DNA from: Bdellovibrionota bacterium
Lineage (GTDB): Bacteria; Bdellovibrionota_C; UBA2361; OMII01
DNA length: 54,731 bases
Direction: 5' to 3'
Assembly (NCBI GenBank): GCA_044345405.1
Contig: JBIJBE010000023.1
Coordinates: 1-54,731, forward strand
Below, piece by piece: positions 40,010 through 49,491 of this stretch. Every line of letters begins with the position of its first letter. The first letter of the stretch is position 1. The notes under the pieces are model-generated. The model did no database searches. It was not told the DNA's origin and was given only the letters and a program-made list of their open reading frames with translations. Made by a program: the position numbers and the translations under genes.

Positions 40010-40439
40010 AAACAACCTACAACCGCAACCACTCAACCGAATCGCCTCACAGTCCGGGGTTTGACCTGGCGCGTATAGTACCTCCAGGTCACGCCTCATC
40101 ATCGCACTCGTCTCAAGCCCGTTGAGAGGTGGACGAAAGAATCTAAAAAGAAAACAGCTAGAGCGTTCGAGCTGACAGAGGATTAGAGCTCTGGTCGGGC
40201 TCAGCTTGCGCTCCAGGAGTTACTGAGAGGATGTGTTCCCCTACTCGCACCTAAGGAACGGTCGAAAATGGGGTGAGATTAACGAATAGGCGCTTTTTTA
40301 GCGTTTGACCAACGTGACCCACCCGGCTGACACAGCTACTAGTACCAGGTCACCTTGAGCTTACACAAAAGTCCCAATTACGTGAGGGGAGTACGCGGTC
40401 CTGAATATGGTTAGCGCTTTACTCACACGTGAGTGCTCC

Positions 40440-41084
40440 TTACATCCCGAACCCTTTCAGAATCTCGTCGGCATCGCCTTGGCCTATGTCCGGGTTATCT
40501 CGAGAGCCGTCAGCCAAGGCAGCGGCCGGCGGGGGTACCTTAAAATGAGTAAGGAGCGCCCGAAGATCCCCATCGAGTTTACCGAGAAGTCTCATTACCT
40601 TTTCAACATTCTGAGAGCAAAGATCTTGATACTCCTGCGCCATCACTATCTCATGAGCCACCTCACGGAGCGCGACCTGGGTCGCCCTACTTTTGGCGAC
40701 ACTCTGTTTGACCCTCGCCTCGTCGACGGGAGTAGCTCCTCCCAGGCGCTCAAGAGCGCTCAAGTATAGGTCATTTTCCTCTATAAGAGATCTTTGCCGC
40801 TCCACCAACTCAAAGACTTTGGTGGCGGCATGACTCGTCTGAGCCAAAACCGAGGAGAGCTTGATGACGGCATCTGGGATATTTGTGGAGGTCATCGTCA
40901 CAGTCGCCGGCTCAAACTCGCGCTTAATAGAACCTAAGATCCCCTCGAGCTGATATATAGCGTCATTTGATTGCCGGCCGAGAAGTTCAGCGAGGGTCGC
41001 GTGAAGATCGTCGGCGCATTTTACCTCGGTCACGACACGACGGTGCCGCTTTCCCTTCGGACGCTTACAGTCTGGGGATGTCAT
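40440..41084 (-). CDS. cheZ: CheZ-family CheY phosphatase
   Basis: EIVMAQEYQDLCSQNVEKV (DxxxQ active site) and C-terminal QGDADEILKGFGM peptide; adjacent to cheY. Confidence 0.82.
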   Translation of the reverse strand: MTSPDCKRPKGKRHRRVVTEVKCADDLHATLAELLGRQSNDAIYQLEGILGSIKREFEPATVTMTSTNIPDAVIKLSSVLAQTSHAATKVFELVERQRSLIEENDLYLSALERLGGATPVDEARVKQSVAKSRATQVALREVAHEIVMAQEYQDLCSQNVEKVMRLLGKLDGDLRALLTHFKVPPPAAALADGSRDNPDIGQGDADEILKGFGM

Positions 41085-41093
41085 ATGACGAGC

Positions 41094-41498
41094 CTATGCT
41101 GCGGGTTTTCTTTTGGCGAAAATCGCGGTTATCTTCTCCTCCAGGGAGGCGACCGAGAACGGTTTCACGATATATTGAGAAACGCCAGCCTTAGCCGCCT
41201 CAAATACGTTCTCTTTTTTCGCCTCCGCGGTCACCATGAGGAATGGAATCCCCTTGAGATCCTCTTTCGCTCGAACCGCCTTGAGAAAGTCCAAGCCCAT
41301 CATGTTTGGCATATTCCAGTCAGAGATGATGAACCCAAAGGTATCTTTTTCAAGCTTGGAGAGCGCGTCAAGCCCATCCACGGCCTCGGTTATATTGCCA
41401 AATCCCAACTCACCGAGCGACTTGCGTACTATCTGCCTCATCGTCATGTGGTCGTCGACCACGAGAATCTTAATGTTCGGATCTATATTCGGAACCAT
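41094..41498 (-). CDS. cheY: Chemotaxis response regulator CheY
   Basis: [27 protein letters not shown]; stand-alone receiver. Confidence 0.92.
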   Translation of the reverse strand: MVPNIDPNIKILVVDDHMTMRQIVRKSLGELGFGNITEAVDGLDALSKLEKDTFGFIISDWNMPNMMGLDFLKAVRAKEDLKGIPFLMVTAEAKKENVFEAAKAGVSQYIVKPFSVASLEEKITAIFAKRKPAA

Positions 41499-41515
41499 TG
41501 CTCTCTCCTCCCAGA

Positions 41516-41821
41516 TTACACCTGATCTTTCTGTTGCTCAGTCGGAAATTCACCGGAGAATTGCTTCGGAGCCGCCAGTTGCTTCCAACCTTGTTCGTTG
41601 GTGACCAACTCTCGCCCCTCTCCTTTATGACTCCAATATTCGGCTTTCGATGAACTATGAGAGTGCTTTCGATGGAGAGGTGTTTTGCACAAAACGTCTC
41701 CTGGCTGCGCGATGTAACTCAGCCAGTAGCTCGCGGCTTTGAAGTCCTCGGCGAAGAAAACCTCCTCAAGTTTCCCGTCCGCCGTAACTCGATACACAAC
41801 AAATGGAACCTTCCAGTCCAT
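41516..41821 (-). CDS. Small hypothetical protein in the che block
   Basis: [10 protein letters not shown]..., 101 aa, RBS-like GGGGACAGGG, 17 nt upstream of cheY. Confidence 0.65.
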   Translation of the reverse strand: MDWKVPFVVYRVTADGKLEEVFFAEDFKAASYWLSYIAQPGDVLCKTPLHRKHSHSSSKAEYWSHKGEGRELVTNEQGWKQLAAPKQFSGEFPTEQQKDQV

Positions 41822-41966
41822 ACCCTGTCCCCCATCTCTACATACGTTGGTTACTTGTCGCGTGAACGCGGTCATCCATATGGATAGCACGTTCCACACA
41901 CTTCGTTTTTATCGGTATCACTCTCGTAGATCTATTCACAGGAACTTGAAGCATATCTCTGTCTCC

Positions 41967-42311
41967 TCACACCCTTCGTTCAGAGGTCGCTAGAGCATCT
42001 CGGCTCGCGACACCTCGCTTCACGATCTCAGCCGCGATGTCCTGCAACGAAAGAACGCCGGAGGCGAGACCCGCGTCAACCACGGCGCCCGGCATGCCCC
42101 ATACCGCGCACCCCTCTCGCTCTTGAGCGATTACGGCACCGCCCGCCTCTTTGATATGCTGGCATCCGTTGAGTCCATCCTGTCCCATACCCGTTAAGAT
42201 CACCCCTAACGAATCCGAGCCGTATACCTTAGCTATCGACCGAAATAGCACATCGACAATCGCTCCCCCTGCTAGAACGGAGACCAGACAGGTGAGATCT
42301 TCGATCAACAT
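41967..42311 (-). pseudogene. cheB: Truncated CheB methylesterase (C-terminal ~95 aa only)
   Basis: VDVLFRSIA, GVILTGMGQDG, IKEAGG.VIAQ, VWGMPGAV are present. The receiver domain and the catalytic GxSTGG and His segments are absent. Confidence 0.8.
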
Positions 42312-42442
42312 GGTCTATTTCGGCCGTTTCCTCAAAAGACCAAACGGTTTTCTTCACTCTTGCTTCATTCACTGACTAAGTGCCTTGTACCAGGTGTTTT
42401 AAGCGGTCGGCCTAGGGCGACGACACAGGCGTCGCAAGCTGA

Positions 42443-42472
42443 AGGGCGTCCTGTGAGGGGCGCCTTTTTTTT
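42443..42472 (+). terminator. Strong intrinsic terminator with no upstream + strand CDS
   Basis: AGGGCGTCCT-GTGA-GGGGCGCC-TTTTTTTT. Confidence 0.7.
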
Positions 42473-42499
42473 ACAAATTGTCATGAGGCCCCGCACCCG

Positions 42500-42590
42500 G
42501 GAGGGCGACCGTCCCCGGTCGCCGTGTTGCATGTGTCGAATATTTTGCCGTGATTCGACGCATTCCGGCGACCGAGGACGGTCACCCTCC
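42500..42590. repeat. REPIN: inverted REP pair with self-complementary spacer
   Basis: GGAG-GGCGACCG-TCCC-CGGTCGCC (42500-42523, +) and GGAG-GGTGACCG-TCCT-CGGTCGCC (42567-42590, -). The spacer contains ATGTGTCGAAT...ATTCGACGCAT. Confidence 0.85.
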
Positions 42591-42708
42591 CATCGTCCCG
42601 AAATGCACTCGTGCCCCTACGCAAAACCCCCACCACATCACATCCCGAACCACCCCATCCATATCCCCTTTGACCTACCGCCCCGAAGGGCGTAATAGGA
42701 CACAACGT

Positions 42709-43332
42709 ATGTCATTCGCCGCGGCTTTCTATAACTTTACGGTCGATCTGAGTCACAACGACCGTGATATCTTCACCCGGTTTCGGGTTAAGACACCGCT
42801 GCATCCACATGAGTCGTTAGAGCACCTCTTCGCTCGTATGATCGCCTATGTGCACTGCTATCGTGAGGGACAGGAATTCTCACGGGGACTCTTTGAACCA
42901 AAGGATCCCACGATTTGGCAGAAGGACGTACTGGGGGACACCCTACTCTGGGTTCAGGTTGGAACCCCTGACAAGAAAAAGATTGAAACGACCCTACGCG
43001 CACATCCACAGGCGGAGCATCGAATCTATTTCTACGAGCCCGACCAGATCGCTCAGTTCTGCCACATGCTCCGTGGCAGCAAAACGGACTGGGTGAAAGA
43101 TATTCAATTCTTCCTGATTCCTACCCCGATCCTTGAGGCCCTCGTGCCGCTTGAACGCTCGAGTCCACTGTGGAACGTAACTATTGTGGACGACGAGCTG
43201 TACCTTACGTGTGACGACACTGAGCTTCAAGCGAGAATCTCCTCCGTCGATATCTGGGCCGCCTACCAGGACTCTCTCCTCACCGAACGGGGGCAAGATG
43301 AGGAACGTTCAAAGCAGTCACCTCTCCGGTAA
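42709..43332 (+). CDS. yaeQ: YaeQ family protein
   Basis: F.VDLS..DR, HPHESLE.L.ARMIAY, FSRGL...DPTIW.KD..G....W.QVG.PD.K; start at ATG 42709. Confidence 0.85.
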   Translation: MSFAAAFYNFTVDLSHNDRDIFTRFRVKTPLHPHESLEHLFARMIAYVHCYREGQEFSRGLFEPKDPTIWQKDVLGDTLLWVQVGTPDKKKIETTLRAHPQAEHRIYFYEPDQIAQFCHMLRGSKTDWVKDIQFFLIPTPILEALVPLERSSPLWNVTIVDDELYLTCDDTELQARISSVDIWAAYQDSLLTERGQDEERSKQSPLR

Positions 43333-43413
43333 TCTCTCAGACTGGGGCCGGTTTTCAGTGCTCAGAAGGATCCAACCGAGGTATACTTAGTCAACCAAGA
43401 GAGGTCACGTTCG

Positions 43414-43692
43414 ATGATTCATCACGTTCATGCTGTGGTAAAGGGACGGGTTCAAGGGGTTGGCTATCGCAACTGGACCTACAGCCAAGCCAAACTCCTG
43501 AAGCTTACCGGATGGGTACGGAATCTCCCTGACGGGAACGTGGAGCTAGTGGCAGAGGGACCAGAGGGGAGCCTTCAAAGCCTCCTTACCTTCCTCAAGA
43601 CCGGGCCAGCGCTCGCAAAGGTAACGGCGGTCGAGGCCAACTGGACGAGCGCTTCGAAGGGGCAATACCAGGATTTCCAGATAAAACGGTAG
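43414..43692 (+). CDS. acyP: Acylphosphatase
   Basis: V.GRVQGVGYR, GWVRNLPDG.VE..AEG, GP..AKV. Confidence 0.93.
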   Translation: MIHHVHAVVKGRVQGVGYRNWTYSQAKLLKLTGWVRNLPDGNVELVAEGPEGSLQSLLTFLKTGPALAKVTAVEANWTSASKGQYQDFQIKR

Positions 43693-43828
43693 CGTTACTA
43701 GGCGGGAACAGTCCATTTCCTCGCCTACCATACTCCCCTCACAATAATCTCATCGTATCTGATGAGACATTACTCACCTGGTGGAGTATAGGTAAGAGCC
43801 ATCCGCCCTCATCCACTCTGAGTTTAGT

Positions 43829-44686
43829 ATGGGTCACAAGGTAACTGACACTTCTCAACATCCCGCTCACGGGGATACATCCCTGAACTTCGCGGGTCCG
43901 TCTATCGATCGCTCCGCTGTAAAGGCTCAACTTACAGACGGCGTAGAGATCGAGGCCAAGTTCTTCATGCCTCGAGCGCTGGCACACGAGGTGACCTCCG
44001 CGTTACCCTTCGTTCACATCGAACAACGCTATTTCCCAAGAGGGCTTATAAACCCTCTCCTCAAGGGCTTCGCGGATGTACTGGGACCGCGCCCTGCGGG
44101 TAACGAGCTCCGAAGCGCGCGGAATGCGCGTGAAAACGAACTTCCCGACTTCTCAATCGCCAGAATTCGGCGAACATTCCGGCCTGGAGAGCAGCCGCAT
44201 TATTTTATCGAATTCAAGGGCGCTAAAGAGGTAACTGAAGGAGCACGAATATCTCGGCGAGAGATATCGCACCCGATATCGGCCAAACAATACAAGGCTC
44301 TCACAGAGACGGCGACCGCGGGCATCGTCCGCAAACGACGCTACTCGATCAGCGGAACGATCACGATACAAGGGAGACCGATTTCCGCGGAAGCTCAAAT
44401 CGATTGCGTTCAGGCCGCGGGCAAGAAATTGCAAAAAATAAATACCTCGTTCGACACCGTGGACATAGAGCTGCAAGATCCATCTCATATTCACGCGCTA
44501 CGAGCGGGACGTCACTCCTTTCCCTTCCTGGCCTCCTGTATTGAATTATCTTCGGCGGATAAGAAGCTCGCTAGACCTCTGGCGACGAAAAGGATTGCTA
44601 AAAGGGGGCTAGATCCAGAGGCACTCCAAGCTATCAAGAAGCTCGAGGGGGCAGCTCATCGGCTCAACTCGAAATCTAAGAACTAA
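43829..44686 (+). CDS. CYTH / triphosphate tunnel metalloenzyme-like protein
   Basis: EIEAKF (ExExK), IEQRY, RIRR, K, RREI, KRRY, DIEL. Confidence 0.65.
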   Translation: MGHKVTDTSQHPAHGDTSLNFAGPSIDRSAVKAQLTDGVEIEAKFFMPRALAHEVTSALPFVHIEQRYFPRGLINPLLKGFADVLGPRPAGNELRSARNARENELPDFSIARIRRTFRPGEQPHYFIEFKGAKEVTEGARISRREISHPISAKQYKALTETATAGIVRKRRYSISGTITIQGRPISAEAQIDCVQAAGKKLQKINTSFDTVDIELQDPSHIHALRAGRHSFPFLASCIELSSADKKLARPLATKRIAKRGLDPEALQAIKKLEGAAHRLNSKSKN

Positions 44687-45423
44687 CTCTCAAGCCGAAA
44701 TGAAACCGGCACAAGTAAGGTGACATCTGACTGTTTCATCTCCGAGAGGAACGATGGGAACGGCGCCGCCCGCTCGACCATTCGAAGCAACTCATCGTCA
44801 AGAAGGCTCGACTGCGTGGATGTCGCGACCTCAACATTTTTGACGGAGCCATCGGGTAGGATCGTGAGTCGCAGCGCTCCACTTCCGGTAACATGACCTC
44901 TCACTGCTCGCTCTGGATACCGTTTCGCCCTAGCGAGAAGGGTCGCTATCATATGGTGATAGCTCACTCGCGCTTGGCGCGTTACCTCATTTCCACCACC
45001 GATCGACGCAGCGGTGGTCGTGATCGGTTGACTCGATGGACTCTGATCCTGTGGCGATGCCTTCACATCTCGGTTCACCTTCGGAGCATCCTTGATCTCG
45101 ATCCGCTTCTCTTCCCTCTTTGGTTCAACGGGTTCGACTCGTTTGCTCGACGGGGGGGAGATAATCGCTCGAGCTTTCGGTTCTTGCGGGGGAAGTTGTG
45201 GTGGAGGAAGAACGGTATCCAACGCTGAGAGCTCAACCAGACTCACATCGATCGCTCGGGGACCAACCGTCGGGGCGGACAACGTGAACCAGTACGCCAG
45301 CGCGCCGCCGCACAGAAATATCGCATGAAGCAAAATGGACGCGAGAACGGCCTGACCCATCAGTCGCTCGTCTCGCGGACGTAGCGGTTCAGAGCGCTCA
45401 CACGACGCCACCGAAAAAGCCAT
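44683..45423 (-). CDS. tonB: TonB-family energy transducer
   Basis: TM helix with SILLH, Pro/Lys-rich linker, C-terminal KRYPERA..G....I.PDGSV..V....S....LD...RAAPFP. Start uncertain. Confidence 0.85.
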   Translation of the reverse strand: MAFSVASCERSEPLRPRDERLMGQAVLASILLHAIFLCGGALAYWFTLSAPTVGPRAIDVSLVELSALDTVLPPPQLPPQEPKARAIISPPSSKRVEPVEPKREEKRIEIKDAPKVNRDVKASPQDQSPSSQPITTTAASIGGGNEVTRQARVSYHHMIATLLARAKRYPERAVRGHVTGSGALRLTILPDGSVKNVEVATSTQSSLLDDELLRMVERAAPFPSFLSEMKQSDVTLLVPVSFRLES

Positions 45424-45461
45424 CTGCGATGTGAGAGCGAGATCCGACAAAGGCACCATCC

Positions 45462-45476
45462 TACAACTGAGTTGCA
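45462..45476. promoter_or_regulatory. 7-1-7 inverted repeat upstream of tonB, possible Fur-family operator
   Basis: TACAACT-G-AGTTGCA, one mismatch. Confidence 0.4.
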
Positions 45477-45662
45477 ACAAGATACCATAAACGGAGGGGC
45501 TATCTCAAATGGAGAGGATCTCCCGCAGCCGATCAAAAGCAGCTATCTAACTATCTAATATGCCTACATATTCAAGCCAACCTGCTTTCCTTTGAATTAG
45601 ATTCCTGGGAAGGAGATACTGAGGGGTATCGCTCCATCAACCCTTTTGAGCAGGCGACTACC

Positions 45663-46532
45663 ATGGGTCCTTCGAAGATCCCCTCAAACACCCCCACGGG
45701 GCGAGAGCTCGATGCGGGACGTTTACACGTTCCCCCAGTTGATGAGTACATCCAGTCAGCCACGGTCGGCGCGACCGGCAGAGTATGGGCCCTGCCTTTT
45801 AAAGCGCTCTCGGTTGAGTACAGCTCCATCCCGATCTTTGTTGGGACTAGCGAGATGAACACCGCCGCGAACACGAGAGATTTTCTCGCGCGTCATGCCC
45901 CAGCCGAACTCGCCAACCTCCGCGAGGAGCTTCAGAAATGTATCCGCACTCCACACGGCGAATGGCTCAACGCTACGCACCGGATGTTGATAAATCCTGA
46001 AAGCTGCGCGCACCTCGTGTGCCCCGTCAATCACACACCGCGTCCATCGGAGGACCCGCCACCAACCCGGATCTCGATGCCAACGATCACCCCTGATCAT
46101 TGGTACTACCGGCGCCACTTCAATCCAGGAAGCTATACCGCGCCAACCCATTATCCCGAGCAGGCGAGCGTCACGGAGGTAGCGCAGGATATTCAGTCAC
46201 TCACCCACTACATGACCGCCTACGATACCCTTGCCCGAGAACCATCGGGGGGGCACCTCTTCTTGGCGACACTCGGCGCCGCATACCGAGCCCCTTACTA
46301 TTCGTGCATGCAGCTGTGTGGTGAGTTGAGAGTTCCCGGTCACTTTCTCGCCATGATTCATCACGGCATCGGCATGCACATGTTAATCGGACACGCGTTT
46401 ACGTCCATGCATCCACGCAATCCTTCCCCCGCACAGGAAAGCTTGCGCCACGTGACGGATACAATCTACGAGCGTATCGTGACCTACTATAGAGAGGACT
46501 TCCCCGGCACGCGGGACATCCCGAGAGAGTGA
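45663..46532 (+). CDS. Hypothetical protein (His-rich, weak Fic-fold-like pattern)
   Basis: 289-aa open frame filling the gap between genes; no canonical motif. Confidence 0.6.
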   Translation: MGPSKIPSNTPTGRELDAGRLHVPPVDEYIQSATVGATGRVWALPFKALSVEYSSIPIFVGTSEMNTAANTRDFLARHAPAELANLREELQKCIRTPHGEWLNATHRMLINPESCAHLVCPVNHTPRPSEDPPPTRISMPTITPDHWYYRRHFNPGSYTAPTHYPEQASVTEVAQDIQSLTHYMTAYDTLAREPSGGHLFLATLGAAYRAPYYSCMQLCGELRVPGHFLAMIHHGIGMHMLIGHAFTSMHPRNPSPAQESLRHVTDTIYERIVTYYREDFPGTRDIPRE

Positions 46533-46537
46533 CGCCA

Positions 46538-48652
46538 CTAATCCAAGAGATCGCCTACCGCCTCACGAGCCTCTCGAGCTTTTCGTTCTTGCTCAGCGAG
46601 ATCCTTCCTCGTTCGTTCGGCGCGCTCAATCGCGGCCTTATTTAACGTCTTAAGGTCGTCACGAATATCTGCACCGTAGTTTTCTTGGTAGATTTTATTT
46701 ATTCGTTCCTTTCGATCGGAATCAACACCGATAGCGTCCGCGATCTGTTTACGATCCTCCTTGGTGAACACTCGCCGCGCGTTAATCAATGAACGAACAA
46801 GGAGCGCATCGGCCAGCTCCGTTTCCCCCTTCATTCGCGCGTCGAGGGATCGTTGCTCAAGTCCAGGCTCTGTTACAAAGATACCCTTGGTTGGAAGTTT
46901 ACCTCTGGTCTCTTTGAAAACCGGGGTCTCGGCCAACAGAGCTAGCACATGAGCCTTATCCTGAAGTGAGCGGACCACAGCCGATATCTGAGCGATATCC
47001 GGCACGGAGTGTGTGACAGGAGTGAGCGGTCCAGGTCGCGACGATGGAGGCATGTATGTCGTTACTGAACGGGTCGCGCTCCGGATCTCCATTGACGCGA
47101 CGAAGGCGAGACGGTTATCAAAGAACTCTTGGGGGTCGAAGCTCTCACGTTCGGCCCCATACTTCCAGTCCCGCTTGATAAGGTCGATGAAGGCTTTCTT
47201 CCCGTCACTATTGAGCGTCCCGAAGAGAGCGATATTTTTATCCGCCCACGCCTTGGTTTTCTCAAGACCCGATTCACTTGAGATCGTGTGCATCGAATCG
47301 CGAACCGTTTTTTCAACCTGCGCCCGAGCGGCAAGTCGAGCATCGACGAGGGAAGTGGCTATCTCCTCAGCGGTCGGTGAGTTCTTGGACGGATCGAGGT
47401 GTAACGCGTCACGAGATGCAGAGATCTCAGCGCCACGCGCTGGCGTCTCTCCCCGTGATTCCAAGATCTGATTTACATTCTGCTTGAGCTCAGCGAACGC
47501 GATCCGTTCAGTCTCCTTCGCGATGCGTTCCGCTATAGCTTGTTGCTCCGCCTGTGAGCGTTCGAGCCGCGCCGCGAGGTCCTTCGCGACCGCCGCGTTC
47601 TTGGCGATGAGCTCCTCTACTCGGGCGAGCGTCTCTGGCTTTAAAGGTTCGACCTTACGATCTGACGGGCTCGGCGCTGGCGGTGGAGCCGGCGTCACAA
47701 CGCGATCCGGTGAGAGTTCCTCGACGAGCGGCTCATGTGGCTTTTGAGCCATCGTGCTGGCGTAGCTCAAGATCTTCTTAGCGAGCCCATCAACCTCGTT
47801 CTTCACCTGAGAGGCTATAGCCTCTCCCTGCTTAAACAATTGCTGGACCTGCGCAGTGTCAGCCTTGAGATTCTCGGCCCGCCCCTCCCGCGACATCGAA
47901 GCGACCGCGTCGATCGCCACGAACGCTGGGCTCTGTCCGGTACCCTTCTCTCGGCCGATCCGCACATCGTTAGGATTTACGATCCCGGTTATCGTGATCG
48001 TTCCCTTATCAGTTGTTATCGTTGCCGTCTGCTTCGTCGCGTCAAAGGTAACACCAGCAAGCCTCTGCTCCTTGCCGATAACGAGTCCGAGGGTGCCACC
48101 TCCATCCTTTTGAGAGAAGGCGATCTGCTTGTCGCCCTTCTGACACGCCGCGTTCACAAAGACCGTATCACTCTGTCCGAGATCAATCGCGAGCTTTGGA
48201 GAGAGATCGCAATCGAGGCGCACCTTCTCAGACCGGAGCGTCTGCACATTCGTTTGGACCACATGCTGGCGAACTCTCCCGAGAGGCCCACGGGTCTGAT
48301 GTACAACCTGCTCGGTATGATACGAGGCGTCCTGCGTCTTGCTGAAATCGAGGTGAAGGTCCCCTTTGACGTCACGGTAGTAATCGTGAATGACCTGCCC
48401 GTTCGCGAACTTTCGTTCGAGGCCGTGCTCATAGGTGAGCGTGTGCGCCCGCTCGTAACCAAGCGATGTTGTGGGAGTAGAGGCGCTTATAGTATCGAGA
48501 ACCTTTCCAGCGTCGGACTTGTCTCGCACAAGCGAGGCGACGCTTTTACGAATTGAAGCGGCGTCGACTACCGGGACGGCCGGCTCAACTACCCGTTCGG
48601 TTTGATGCTCGACTGGTGTGGCGCGTGGCGCACAACGTTGAAAACAACCCAT
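46538..48652 (-). CDS. Large hypothetical protein: MGC N-terminus, coiled coil, annexin-like C-terminal repeat
   Basis: ATG 48652 after a G-rich RBS (MGCFQRC); PAPPPAP linker; RKERINKIYQENYGADIRDDLK. Confidence 0.7.
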   Translation of the reverse strand: MGCFQRCAPRATPVEHQTERVVEPAVPVVDAASIRKSVASLVRDKSDAGKVLDTISASTPTTSLGYERAHTLTYEHGLERKFANGQVIHDYYRDVKGDLHLDFSKTQDASYHTEQVVHQTRGPLGRVRQHVVQTNVQTLRSEKVRLDCDLSPKLAIDLGQSDTVFVNAACQKGDKQIAFSQKDGGGTLGLVIGKEQRLAGVTFDATKQTATITTDKGTITITGIVNPNDVRIGREKGTGQSPAFVAIDAVASMSREGRAENLKADTAQVQQLFKQGEAIASQVKNEVDGLAKKILSYASTMAQKPHEPLVEELSPDRVVTPAPPPAPSPSDRKVEPLKPETLARVEELIAKNAAVAKDLAARLERSQAEQQAIAERIAKETERIAFAELKQNVNQILESRGETPARGAEISASRDALHLDPSKNSPTAEEIATSLVDARLAARAQVEKTVRDSMHTISSESGLEKTKAWADKNIALFGTLNSDGKKAFIDLIKRDWKYGAERESFDPQEFFDNRLAFVASMEIRSATRSVTTYMPPSSRPGPLTPVTHSVPDIAQISAVVRSLQDKAHVLALLAETPVFKETRGKLPTKGIFVTEPGLEQRSLDARMKGETELADALLVRSLINARRVFTKEDRKQIADAIGVDSDRKERINKIYQENYGADIRDDLKTLNKAAIERAERTRKDLAEQERKAREAREAVGDLLD

Positions 48653-48819
48653 ATCCCCCCCAGGATAAAGAACCTGTTCATAGGAGGTATGACACCGCGA
48701 GGAGCTGATGTTTCCTACCGTTATAAGGAATATATCAACAAACCACAGGACGACTGTCCCTTGGCCTAGGCACAGCGACATACGGGTTATAGGTCTCCGT
48801 TGTGACTACGAACGAGGGC

Positions 48820-49320
48820 TTATCCAAGCATGCTGAAAGGGTCGGTACGCGGAACCAGCGCGAATCCCTCACGAGGGGAAGGCGCGGCTTTCTTTGGGGC
48901 AGCTGGTGGCACTATCTGCGGAGGAGGTCCCCGCTCTGGCACCAATATCGAACGGCCACCCTTCGGAGCTTCCGGTATATCATTGAAGGGACGACATCCC
49001 GTATCCCCGGACATCAGTTGGCGCATCTTTTCAAAAATGACTTTTCTAAGCTCATCTATCTGAGTTCTAAGGTCGTCTATTTGAGATTGAATCTCGGCGA
49101 TCCTATCTCGAACGTTTCGCGCTACCGCAAAAGTACGTTGCACCTGAAAAATCCGGATCTTTTGTTGCAAAATCTGGATCGCCTCTTGCAGCTGCGCCAC
49201 CTCATTCCAAAGAGCCGCTTGATTCTGTTGGCAGGCCGGCGACGTTTGTGAATATGCCGCGGTAGGAACGCAGGAGAGCCCGAAAACAACAAGCGACATC
49301 ACTATGATTTTACGCAACAC
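48820..49320 (-). CDS. Secreted coiled-coil protein with Pro-rich tail
   Basis: Signal peptide ending AYS; heptad region bracketed by two Cys. Confidence 0.65.
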   Translation of the reverse strand: MLRKIIVMSLVVFGLSCVPTAAYSQTSPACQQNQAALWNEVAQLQEAIQILQQKIRIFQVQRTFAVARNVRDRIAEIQSQIDDLRTQIDELRKVIFEKMRQLMSGDTGCRPFNDIPEAPKGGRSILVPERGPPPQIVPPAAPKKAAPSPREGFALVPRTDPFSMLG

Positions 49321-49491
49321 GGCCCGACAAGCTCCATCACCAGAGGCGTTGACTACAACCCCTTATCAGAAGCCCACGGCGAGTTGCTTCACCCAAAGGG
49401 CGAAGCCTGGGAAAAACCCGTATACAACCACGTGGTTCTTATACCTTAGGTAACTCAGAGCCACCCCAAAATAGTCCGAACAGGGTTCGCC

